Shown piece by piece: positions 22,142 through 32,392 of a DNA stretch of 64,000 nt (position 1 is the first letter of the stretch; the number at the start of each line of letters is the position of its first letter). The DNA comes from Patescibacteria group bacterium (GTDB taxonomy: Bacteria > Patescibacteriota > Patescibacteriia > JAHIZJ01). Below the pieces are notes generated by a model, which worked only from the letters and a program-made list of their open reading frames with translations, did not search any database and was not told the DNA's origin. The stretch covers positions 179,814 to 243,813 of the forward strand of contig JAQTMH010000001.1 of the NCBI GenBank assembly GCA_028714495.1. The letters are read 5' to 3'. The position numbers and the translations under genes were made by a program.

Positions 22142-22306
22142 TAGGACTTACGCGTTTGAGACAAGTTCGAGGAAAAATGCGAGGATTTTGCGAGGCGTAG
22201 TCAAACTACGACGAGCAAGGACGCAGCATTTTGACGAAGAAATTGGCCAAAGCCGCTTACTGACCCGGCTTCGCCGGGTCAGTAAGCGGCAAGCGCGTAA
22301 GTCCTA
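22142..22306. mobile_element. MITE-like structured element copy 1 (TIR TAGGACTTACGCG / CGCGTAAGTCCTA)
   Basis: perfect 13-bp terminal inverted repeat including TA ends; second copy at 51258-51423. Confidence 0.8.
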
Positions 22307-22457
22307 ATAATCACGAAGGGGGTATTGACACCTCCTTTGTTTTTTATATAATACAAATACATAGCCACGGCTGTATTCCCTCTCAAAACTAAAGCGAGAG
22401 TCGAAGTCGAACAGCTTTACCCGGCTATCGAACGTTACAATTAACTGTACACGAGCA

Positions 22458-22781
22458 ATGGCGAAAGAACATGACCAAGAGTTTATCGAGTATGTGGTCA
22501 AGGCGTTGGTTGACCGCCCCGAGGACGTAGCCTCCGACCGGACGGTTGACGAGATGGGTGTCTTAATCACCCTGAAAGTCAATCCTCAGGATCTGGGACA
22601 GGTTATCGGCCGACAGGGACAAACGGCCAAAGCGCTCCGCACTCTCCTTCGAGTCGTCGGAGCCAAAAACCACGCCCGGGTGAATTTGAAGATTTATGAG
22701 CCAGAAGGTTTCCGGAAAGGCGCCCTGCGAAGCGGACCAAAAGAGGACGCTGACACGGGCATGGATGACCTAAAACTGTAA
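22458..22781 (+). CDS. khpA: KH-domain RNA-binding protein KhpA
   Basis: VKALVD.PE.V, DLGQVIGRQGQTAKALRTLL; located between rpsP and trmD. Confidence 0.92.
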   Translation: MAKEHDQEFIEYVVKALVDRPEDVASDRTVDEMGVLITLKVNPQDLGQVIGRQGQTAKALRTLLRVVGAKNHARVNLKIYEPEGFRKGALRSGPKEDADTGMDDLKL

Positions 22782-22952
22782 CACTCTCTTGAGAGGACAA
22801 AAGCCGCTGAGTATGATACAATTCATCACAGCGGTTTTTGTATATTAAGTCGATGTAAAATTCAAAATTAAAAAGGAAGAATTATTGTACCTGCCCTTGG
22901 CAGGTTCCAACATTATTACTTCTAAATTATTAATTCTGAATTGATTTTCCTT

Positions 22953-23618
22953 ATGCGTTTCGACATCTTGACAATATTTCCAAACATTTTTGACTCATAC
23001 CTTAATGAGAGTATCCTCAAGCGGGCTCAAAAAGCTGGGTTGGTTGAATTTCAAATTCACGACTTGCGCCGATTTACCAAAGACAAGCATAAAACCACCG
23101 ATGACCGACCCTATGGCGGCGGTCCAGGCATGGTAATGAAAGTCGAGCCGATTTATTCCGCCCTCAAATCACTCGCTGCCTTGCCGCCTAAGAAATCGAG
23201 GTCTCACGGCGTTATTCTTCTGACACCCCAGGGGCGAATCTTCTCCCAGGCAGAAGCCAAACGGCTGATAAAATTCAAACGTCTAACCCTGATTTGCGGT
23301 CACTATGAAGGATTTGACGAGCGAATCCGGGATTATGTTGATGAACAAATTTCGATCGGTGACTATGTCCTGACCGGCGGCGAATTGCCGGCCATGGTAA
23401 TTGTGGACGCGATATCCCGCCTGATTCCCGGGGTATTAGGCGACGCTGATTCATCGAAAGACGAGTCGTTTTCCAAAGACCAAAAAACTCTCGAATATCC
23501 ACATTACACCCGGCCGGAAAACTTTTTGGGCCAGCGCGTACCAAAAATCCTTCTCTCCGGCAACCACGCTCAGATCGCGGCCTGGCGGAATAAACATCTC
23601 AGAAAAAAACCTACCTAA
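22953..23618 (+). CDS. trmD: tRNA (guanine37-N1)-methyltransferase
   Basis: DDRPYGGGPGMVM, CGHYEG.DER, SIGDYVLTGGE, LEYPHYTRP. Confidence 0.98.
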   Translation: MRFDILTIFPNIFDSYLNESILKRAQKAGLVEFQIHDLRRFTKDKHKTTDDRPYGGGPGMVMKVEPIYSALKSLAALPPKKSRSHGVILLTPQGRIFSQAEAKRLIKFKRLTLICGHYEGFDERIRDYVDEQISIGDYVLTGGELPAMVIVDAISRLIPGVLGDADSSKDESFSKDQKTLEYPHYTRPENFLGQRVPKILLSGNHAQIAAWRNKHLRKKPT

Positions 23619-23621
23619 TTT

Positions 23622-24914
23622 ATGTCCCTCAGCAAATACCTCGGCATCGTTAGATATCCAAATTTCCTCAAACTTTGGGGTGCTCAAGTCTGTACCAAGC
23701 TGGCCGAGAATATGTTAAATTTCAGTCTGGTTATCCTGGTATTCCAGTTAAGCCAATCCAGTTTTCTAGTCAGCGTGCTGATAGTTCTCATCAGCATTCC
23801 ACCGATTCTCCTTTCGGCCGCGGCCGGAGTCGTCGCCGACATTCGCAATCGAAAAACAATTCTTGTCCTGTCAAACGTGCTCCGTTTCTTCCTCGTTATT
23901 TTGGCCATTGCTTTTAACCATCAGGCGTATGTTCTAATCGGAGTGGCTTTTATGTTGTCGGTGATCGCCCAGTTTTTCTCTCCAGCTGAAGTATCCTCTA
24001 TTCCAACCCTGGTTCCGAAAGAAAATCTTTTCACTGCCAACAGTTTTTATCAGTTCACGAGTTACGCCATGTTTCTCGCCGGGTACTCGATCGCCGGACC
24101 ATTTTTAAACCGCCTTGGCGCCAACAAGCTTTTTCTCTTTATCATGGGCCTCTACGCTGTCTCAAGTCTTCTAACTAGCCTTTTGCCGCCACTCGTTGAA
24201 CATCTGAAGAACCTTGCTGCCACTGAACTGCCGAGGATTTTTGACTGGCGAGCATTTAGCAAAAGGATGGTTGATGGGATTCGCTATATCTGGACCAACC
24301 ATATTATTCGGTTCGTTATTTTTCAGGCCGCGGTTGTCTTCAGCATCGAGCGAGCTTTTATTTCCCTGGCTCCGAGCTTTTCTCAAGACTTTCTTCGTCT
24401 GGACGTCGAGGGTTTGAGCCTCTTTGTTATTCTGCCGACTGGGATCGGAACGCTCTGCGGGGTCCTGCTCGCGAATAAACTCAAACATAAAATTAACAAA
24501 GGGAAGCTAATCACCGCTGGACTGTTTTTAGACGGTTTCGCTTTAACCGCGCTGGCTCTTTGGACCAGCATCCTTAGTTTAGTCCACGGACTTGGGATCC
24601 AAGTGTCAACTGAGGCGTTTATTCCAATTTTCGTAATTATCCTGGCTTGGATTTCGGGCTTGGCCGATCCCCTTATCCTGGTACCGGTTCAGACTACGAT
24701 TCACGAGCGCACTCCGGCTGAAGATCGCGGCCGGGTTTTTGGCGGGCTTTACACTTTCTCAAATCTCATGGGTTTAATTCCCGTCTTGATTATCGGCGCT
24801 TTATCAGCCGTTATAAAAATAAATCTTATTGTTATCGGCCTTGGGATAATTATTTTAGCCGTTACTGTCCAGGGCATCTTTTTCTTCCGTCGGTACAGCC
24901 TGGGAACAGAGTAG
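23622..24914 (+). CDS. MFS transporter
   Basis: about 12 TM; GVVADIRNRK motif A; RGRVFG. Confidence 0.9.
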   Translation: MSLSKYLGIVRYPNFLKLWGAQVCTKLAENMLNFSLVILVFQLSQSSFLVSVLIVLISIPPILLSAAAGVVADIRNRKTILVLSNVLRFFLVILAIAFNHQAYVLIGVAFMLSVIAQFFSPAEVSSIPTLVPKENLFTANSFYQFTSYAMFLAGYSIAGPFLNRLGANKLFLFIMGLYAVSSLLTSLLPPLVEHLKNLAATELPRIFDWRAFSKRMVDGIRYIWTNHIIRFVIFQAAVVFSIERAFISLAPSFSQDFLRLDVEGLSLFVILPTGIGTLCGVLLANKLKHKINKGKLITAGLFLDGFALTALALWTSILSLVHGLGIQVSTEAFIPIFVIILAWISGLADPLILVPVQTTIHERTPAEDRGRVFGGLYTFSNLMGLIPVLIIGALSAVIKINLIVIGLGIIILAVTVQGIFFFRRYSLGTE

Positions 24915-25266
24915 CTATTTGACAGACCCAGTAGAATACTATATATTGTAGGTGCGGGTGGAAAACCTGTGAAAACAAAAAATAGCCCATAATCATTAAA
25001 TGGGAGACAATATTTGACCTAAATTAGCCTTAAAACTGTTCGTTATCAAACAGGAGAAAAAACAGGGGTATCTGTAATTCGGGTATCACTGTTTTTTCTT
25101 CACTAAAAAATAGTGACGAGAAATGACCTTTGACATTCGCAAAGTGATAAGAAAGGCTCTAAAAATTCAATTCCAAGTCCTTTGATCCAAGCCCCTTCGG
25201 GGGCTTAAAGATTAAAGGCAAACATAAGAGCTATGGTCCTGTCTTAATTGACAGACCCAACTCTAT

Positions 25267-26770
<1,504 letters not shown>

Positions 26771-26993
26771 CTAGGGAGAAAAGTAGGGCAGGAGCTCTCA
26801 TGTTCCTGAAAAACAATCGTACGGTGTACGTATTGCCTTACAACAGTGGTCGGACCCGATCCTCGAATTTATTTCGGGGCATCGGGAGTAAATGCCTTTC
26901 TTATCACCTTGAGGATGTCAATGGAAATAAAAATCCGTCTGTTTAGAGACGGGTTTTTTAATTATTGGCATCTGATCAAATAAATATGTTTAC

Positions 26994-27461
26994 CTAAACA
27001 AAAGACAAAACAAATCCGATTAATAGCCCAAAAACAAGAATAAAGCTGGCAAATTTCAATATTTTAGATTTCGGTTTTATCGAGTAATTCGTCATCGTCC
27101 AAATTTCGCGCATATATTCCTCGGCCATTTTATCGTCAGAATCGAATACCTTCTTCAATTTATCTTCGTATTCTTCGAGTCCTTTGTCCGAAAAACCCCA
27201 CCAGCAAATAAAACTAAGGCGTTCTTTCCGCTTTCCGCGAAAAGGAAGAAAAACAACAGTTATCGCCATAACGAGCGTAATAAAGGAGCTGATGGCCAGT
27301 ACCAAAAAATTTGAGGCCTCAATGCGAATCATACTCAATCCAAAGATAACCGCGGCGATGCCAACCAAGAAAGAAGCTTTCTGGTCCAAACTGCCCCGCA
27401 GGCTGTTTTGAAGAGTAAGTGAATCACGCAATAAATTAATCGAGTTTTGATTGACTACCAT
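26994..27461 (-). CDS. membrane protein resembling the Pycsar effector/DUF5706 family
   Basis: DQKAS.L.G, two TM, P motif, cytoplasmic loop, K.K.LK then a third TM. Confidence 0.55.
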   Translation of the reverse strand: MVVNQNSINLLRDSLTLQNSLRGSLDQKASFLVGIAAVIFGLSMIRIEASNFLVLAISSFITLVMAITVVFLPFRGKRKERLSFICWWGFSDKGLEEYEDKLKKVFDSDDKMAEEYMREIWTMTNYSIKPKSKILKFASFILVFGLLIGFVLSFV

Positions 27462-27607
27462 ATTTTTATCGATCAATTATCAAACTGCATAATCAAATTA
27501 TAACCATTAGTTTATCCATCGTTCTTGATTGGTCGGGGATCGCGGACTCGAACCGCGGACCTCTCGCTCCCCCGCCCGACTGCCATGTAATATTTCTGTC
27601 AAACTAT

Positions 27608-27777
27608 TGGTTGGGACGGCGAGCCTCGGATTATAATCCGAGGGAAATTGCTGTCTTCCCGCACCGAGTCGGGGTGCGCGGACTTGAACCGCGGACCTCT
27701 CGCTCCCAAAGCGAGCGTTCTAGCCAACTGAACTACACCCCGACTCGAGGCAGGACGTGCTTCTGCACTACGCCCCG
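27608..27777 (-). pseudogene. middle-layer degenerate tRNA-Pro relic
   Basis: 5' CGGGGCGTAGTGCAG at 27777; 3' CTCGCCGTCCCAACCA at 27608; palindrome at 27624-27643. Confidence 0.55.
27669..27742 (-). tRNA. tRNA-Pro(TGG), intact inner copy, CCA not encoded
   Basis: full cloverleaf; anticodon arm CTCGC-TTTGGGA-GCGAG. Confidence 0.95.
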
Positions 27778-27951
27778 ACCAATCGCTGGACTGAACAATT
27801 GTAATTATCAAAGTATAGAGCAACGTAAGCAGCCAGGGCGGGCGGGCAAAGCGAGCGTTCTAGCCAACTGAACTAATCCCCGATGAAAAAATCCCATGTT
27901 TGGGAAAAGCTTTTCTTGTTTTTATATTTTAAGCCTGTTTTTATTACCCGC

Positions 27952-28225
27952 TGGTGCCGAGGGCCGGAATCCCGCACCACGCAGGGTGCGGGACAAGTCG
28001 AACCAGCATAATTATGAAATGGGCCTCTTTAGTAATTCCGCCCAAATGCCTGGGGTCGGAGTTGAACCGACGACGCAAGGATTTTCAGTCCTTCGCTCTA
28101 CCACCTGAGCTACCCAGGCAGGCATTTGGGCGGAATTGATTTCACAGTAGGATTATATTAGCATATTTCAGTCCGGAGTTCACCCCGTGCTTGTCACGGG
28201 GCTCTACCGACTGAGCTACCTCGGC
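27952..28225 (-). pseudogene. outer split tRNA-Phe relic enclosing the intact tRNA-Phe
   Basis: GCCGAGGTAGCTCAGTCGGTAGAGC..GGACTGAAA (28225-28166) and GGTTCGA..ATTCCGGCCCTCGGCACCA (28004-27952); both parts carry hairpin inserts. Confidence 0.8.
28047..28119 (-). tRNA. tRNA-Phe(GAA), CCA not encoded
   Basis: cloverleaf; AAGGA-CTGAAAA-TCCTT. Confidence 0.95.
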
Positions 28226-28258
28226 AAGTGCCCACGGCACCAGCGGGAAATCAATATT

Positions 28259-28639
28259 TGGTGGGCGATCCAGGAGTCGAACCTGGGACCTCGTCATTAC
28301 CCGCCCGACTGCTCCGCACTCGGAGGCGGGCGGGTGACCCCGCACAACTCGCCAGAGCTCGTTTGCGGGGCAGGCGCGCTGAACTCACAGGCGGATGGTG
28401 GGCATGGGAGGAGTCGAACCTCCGACCTCGTCATTATCAGTGACGCGCTCTAACCATCTGAGCTACATGCCCACCATCCGCCCATGCTATGTTCTAAAAT
28501 ACACTTCCCGCCTCGCACTCGACGAATAACACGAGGAGTGGTTAGAATTAACCATCTGCTTGCCCTGAACCATTACAGTACAGGGCTTGCCCCGAACCGA
28601 ACGACCGAAGGGAGTTCTGGTTCGGGGAGCTAATCGCCC
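28259..28639 (-). pseudogene. outer split tRNA-Ile(GAT) relic enclosing the intact tRNA-Ile
   Basis: intact 3' half TAATGACGAGG...GATCGCCCACCA (28299-28259); 5' start GGGCGATTAGCTC at 28639. Confidence 0.8.
28396..28472 (-). tRNA. tRNA-Ile(GAT)
   Basis: cloverleaf; CGTCA-CTGATAA-TGACG; CCA encoded. Confidence 0.96.
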
Positions 28640-28807
28640 TCGATCGGTTTTTATGGGGGCACTCTGACTATCCAAATCATTTGCCAAAAAATGTACGGCA
28701 ACTCCCAAACTTTAACAGAAATAGAATGTTTTGACAAGGGGTGCTATAATAACTATAGACTATGGGTATTATCATAATAACTCGATAAAAAGTAAACATT
28801 CAATATA

Positions 28808-29731
28808 ATGATCATGGCAGAATTTGACCATCTTTCCTACAAACCCTATCAACATCGGGTTTTTTTGATGCTTCTGCTATCTTTTTTCGTTTTTATGTTG
28901 GTCGCTGACGCCACGGTTTATTATCTTTTAACAAACGCCGCCTTCAGGCAAACCCAGAAAACACTTAAAGACGTCGCGACAGAAGTCTCGGCCAAAGTAC
29001 CAGTCGCTACGCTTGAACGTCTCATCGATTCTAGCCAACAGAATTCTGACGAATACCGCGAAATTGAATCAATCTTCCAGTCAGCCATGAGCGGAAATCC
29101 TTCGATTGACGATATCTACACTTTAAGACAAACGGCCACGCCTAATCGAATGTCCTTTATCGTAACTGGCGATACCACGCGGGATAGTAACGGCAACAAT
29201 GTCATTGAAGAATTCGAACAAAAAGCTATGCTTGGAGAAATCTATGATACTACAGATTTTCCTGAACTGGTAGCGGCCATGGAAAAACCAAGCGTTGATA
29301 AAACCATCACTTATGACAAGTGGGGCGCTTGGCTTTCCGGTTATGCCCCACTAAGAAACGCCAGCGGACAGAGCGTGGCTATACTCGGCGTTGATTATTC
29401 GGCTGAGATAATCCAGAAACAACGCAACGACACTCTTCAATCCCTCTTAATCGCTGACTTGATATTTCTACCGATACTTCTCCTGGCTTCATATTTTCTA
29501 TCTTTGCGTCTCAGCCGGCCTTTCCGCATTCTGGCGCAAGGCATGGACAAGCTGGCACAAGGTGATTTCAAATATCACCTACCCCTAAAACACCGCGGGG
29601 AAGAAAAGATCTTTGTCGAACTTTTCAATAATATCACGACTATGTTTTCCTCTAGACGGATTCGGGACGATAAAAAAAATTCGCCCGGGGAGGAAGCCGA
29701 TAAAACCGATCTGCCGATGAATGAGGAGTAG
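28808..29731 (+). CDS. membrane sensor-like protein (Cache-like periplasmic domain plus HAMP, no output domain)
   Basis: two TM; DKWG.WLSGYAPL...VAILGVD; HAMP-like segment followed by the stop. Confidence 0.8.
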   Translation: MIMAEFDHLSYKPYQHRVFLMLLLSFFVFMLVADATVYYLLTNAAFRQTQKTLKDVATEVSAKVPVATLERLIDSSQQNSDEYREIESIFQSAMSGNPSIDDIYTLRQTATPNRMSFIVTGDTTRDSNGNNVIEEFEQKAMLGEIYDTTDFPELVAAMEKPSVDKTITYDKWGAWLSGYAPLRNASGQSVAILGVDYSAEIIQKQRNDTLQSLLIADLIFLPILLLASYFLSLRLSRPFRILAQGMDKLAQGDFKYHLPLKHRGEEKIFVELFNNITTMFSSRRIRDDKKNSPGEEADKTDLPMNEE

Positions 29732-29766
29732 CCATTTCTCTATAGCTCTTAGTAATACAGACAAAT

Positions 29767-30897
29767 TTGCTATATTTCACCAGAACAAAACGTCCCTTAG
29801 TATATTGGAGTTTATGCGCTCTGGTTATAGTTCTCGCCGTTCTTACGGCTTTTTTTATTTTCCGCCGCGAACCAGATCCCACATTCAATATTATTTCTAT
29901 CATTACTAATACCGGAGATACAAATAACGAGGTTGACAATCAAAACCTCAATTCAAAGCCAACCGAAACCTCGCTTATTGCCGTCGGCGATATCATGCTT
30001 TCCCGAGTAGTGGGCAGCAAGTTGAAAAAAAATGGTTTTGATTACTCTTTTCGCGAAACCGCTGAATATTTAAAAACTGGAGATATCGTCTTCGGCAATT
30101 TGGAAACTTCGATCACGCCCGGACGTCAGATAAATACCGGCGAATTAAGTTTTCGGGCTGATCCAGGAGTCGAAACGGCTATGAAAGACGCGGGCTTTTC
30201 CCTAGTCTCTCTGGCCAATAACCATACGCCTAATTTCGGAGCGCCGGGGCTGTCCGATACCTTTTCCTATCTAAATGCCGCGGGCATTGATTTTGTCGGC
30301 GCCGGCGAAAACGAGGAACAAGCCTATGCTCCCGTATATATCGAACGACTGGGGCTGACTTTCGCCTTTCTGGCCTATAATGATGACGATGTGGTTCCAG
30401 CCGGCTATAAGGCTGGGTCGGATAGACCCGGTACGGCCTTTATGGACATTGCGAAACTAACTGAGTCAATTCAAAAAGCGAGAGAAAGGGCGAACTTCGT
30501 TATTATCTCAATGCACTCGGGTACTGAATACACGACTGAACCAAATAAATCGCAAAAAGAATTTGCCCATGCCGCCATTGACGCCGGCGCCGAATTGGTC
30601 ATCGGCCATCACCCGCACGTCATTCAAAAAGCCGAGATCTACCAAGGCAAATATATTTTCTACAGCCTGGGCAATTTCGTCTTTGACCAGATGTGGTCGC
30701 AGGAAACGCGCGAGGGTTTGGTGGCGAAATTTCTTTTCAATGCAAAAGGCTTGTTTAAAATCGAATTCCTGCCAATAATCATTTACGACTATGCTCAGCC
30801 CAAAGCGGCCGATACCGAATCAGCAATAAAAATGTTGGATATTCTAAATCTTGAAAATATCATCAATAACCGGTATATTGAACTCAAGCAACCCTAA
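29767..30897 (+). CDS. CapA/PGA_cap-family metallophosphatase
   Basis: VGDIML.R, GNLE, LANNH, MHSG.EY, GHHPHV, YSLGNFVFDQ; start uncertain. Confidence 0.9.
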   Translation: MLYFTRTKRPLVYWSLCALVIVLAVLTAFFIFRREPDPTFNIISIITNTGDTNNEVDNQNLNSKPTETSLIAVGDIMLSRVVGSKLKKNGFDYSFRETAEYLKTGDIVFGNLETSITPGRQINTGELSFRADPGVETAMKDAGFSLVSLANNHTPNFGAPGLSDTFSYLNAAGIDFVGAGENEEQAYAPVYIERLGLTFAFLAYNDDDVVPAGYKAGSDRPGTAFMDIAKLTESIQKARERANFVIISMHSGTEYTTEPNKSQKEFAHAAIDAGAELVIGHHPHVIQKAEIYQGKYIFYSLGNFVFDQMWSQETREGLVAKFLFNAKGLFKIEFLPIIIYDYAQPKAADTESAIKMLDILNLENIINNRYIELKQP

Positions 30898-30916
30898 CTA
30901 CTTTACGATTTTATCT

Positions 30917-31441
30917 ATGCCAAAAATCAAAACCATCCTCTACATAGCTACCACGATAAACGGCTACGTGGCCAAAGAAAACGATACCACTAGCTTTGTC
31001 TCTGATGTTGAGTGGCGAAGTTTTTTGGTCATGGTCAAGCGCACCGGCAACATGATAATCGGCCGACGAACCTACGAGGTTATGCGCCGGGCCGGAGAAT
31101 TAAAAGCCCTGGATCCAGTTACTATCATGGTAGTCACCTCTCAAGCTAAATACAAAGTCATTGGACCTAATAATTACGCAGTGAGAACTCCAATTAAAGC
31201 CTTAGATTATCTAAAAAAACTCGGCTTCAAAGAAGCTCTGGTCGCCGGTGGCGGGATTTTGAACTCGTCTTTTATCGCTAAAAAATTGATTGATGAAATA
31301 TATCTCGTCATTGAACCAGTGGCCTTTGGCAAGGGAATAAAGCTTTTTGCCGATAAGCCCTTCGACTTCAATCTCCAATTGCTTGACTTCAAGCGCCTCT
31401 CACCAGACGAAATCCAATTGCACTACAAAGTAATTAAATAA
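30917..31441 (+). CDS. dihydrofolate reductase/RibD C-terminal family protein
   Basis: YIATTINGYVA, GRRTYE, VAGGG, LIDEI.L.I.PV.FGKGI.LF. Confidence 0.88.
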   Translation: MPKIKTILYIATTINGYVAKENDTTSFVSDVEWRSFLVMVKRTGNMIIGRRTYEVMRRAGELKALDPVTIMVVTSQAKYKVIGPNNYAVRTPIKALDYLKKLGFKEALVAGGGILNSSFIAKKLIDEIYLVIEPVAFGKGIKLFADKPFDFNLQLLDFKRLSPDEIQLHYKVIK

Positions 31442-31532
31442 GCCTACAAATGAACTAGGGTGGCTGGATTTCTTTGGTTTTTTCAATATAAAAAACCCGC
31501 TTTGTCTGGGTTTTTTTACTTTATTAATCGCT

Positions 31533-32390
31533 TTATTTAAGCTCTTTCAGAAACGGGGTTAAGTCAACTTTTTCGGTTGGTCGTGAAACTAGGGTTTGAT
31601 TGGCCAGCGCCTTGAAATGACTTTCAAAAGTCGGGCGCGCTTCTTGGAAAAAAATACCGATAGGCAGGCGCGCGGTTTCGCCGGCCTTTTGATAAGCCGC
31701 CTGCCGGTTATTTGTCGGCCAGTTTTTCGAGTCCAGCTTGTATATTTTTGACCGGTATTCGTCGCGGATATTTTTAGCGTCGTAAAAAATCACACACGGC
31801 TGTAATAGCTCGACTACCGAGAAGCCTTTGTGGGTAAGGGCGCGTTTGTAAATTTCTTTCAAACTGGCCGTATCATCGGCGAAACCGCGCGCTACAAAAG
31901 TGGCTCCGGCTGTCAGCGCGATTTGCGGTCCATTGAGCGGCTGGTCAATTGAACCGACCAGGGCGGTTTTGGTTTTATCACCCAGTCGCGTTGTCGGCGA
32001 GGTTTGGCCAGTAGTTAAGCTATAGCGCTCGTTATTGTGGATAATGAGAGTCATGTTGACATTGCGACGGCAAGCGTGCAAAAAATGATTTCCACCTTCG
32101 CCATAGCCTCCGCCGTCTCCGGATAAAGCTACTACCGTCAAATCGTTATTGGCTAACTTAACCGCGGTCGCCACCGGAATGGTCCGGCCGTGAAGGCTGT
32201 GAAAACCGTAAAGGCGGTAATTATTCGCGCCGTTGCCATTGCAGCCAATATCAAATGTCATCACAACCTGATGGGGTTCCAAGCCCAGCTCGGCAAAGGC
32301 TTGGGTTAAAGCCGCGTAGGATCCATAGTTGCCACAAGCCGGGCACCAGGTCGGTTTATTATTTGTTTGAAAATCTTTTGCTTGAGCCAT
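31533..32390 (-). CDS. 2-oxoacid:ferredoxin oxidoreductase beta subunit
   Basis: WCPACG, LHGR, GDGG.YGEG.NH, LT.GQ.SPT. Confidence 0.95.
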   Translation of the reverse strand: MAQAKDFQTNNKPTWCPACGNYGSYAALTQAFAELGLEPHQVVMTFDIGCNGNGANNYRLYGFHSLHGRTIPVATAVKLANNDLTVVALSGDGGGYGEGGNHFLHACRRNVNMTLIIHNNERYSLTTGQTSPTTRLGDKTKTALVGSIDQPLNGPQIALTAGATFVARGFADDTASLKEIYKRALTHKGFSVVELLQPCVIFYDAKNIRDEYRSKIYKLDSKNWPTNNRQAAYQKAGETARLPIGIFFQEARPTFESHFKALANQTLVSRPTEKVDLTPFLKELK

Positions 32391-32392
32391 AT

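Larger units (their letters stand above)
27530..27882 (-). tRNA. outer tRNA-Pro(TGG), split in the anticodon by a 276-bp insert (halves 27847-27882 and 27530-27570)
   Basis: joined halves give a perfect 77-nt CGGGGATTAGTTCAG...CTCGCTTTG|GGAGCGAG...ATCCCCGACCA. Confidence 0.85.

Noticed and set aside
22360-22430. Structured leader upstream of khpA (ATAGCC...GGCTAT)
   Set aside because: A single instance with short stems and no family recognised.
27571-27846. Group I intron in tRNA-Pro
   Set aside because: Boundaries can be read as U|...G, but much of the insert is tRNA-derived sequence and I could not find P7/J8-7 core motifs. Not called without a covariance search.
27599-28708. Short ORFs over the tRNA cluster
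   Set aside because: They overlap tRNA genes, relics and palindromes and show no protein motifs.
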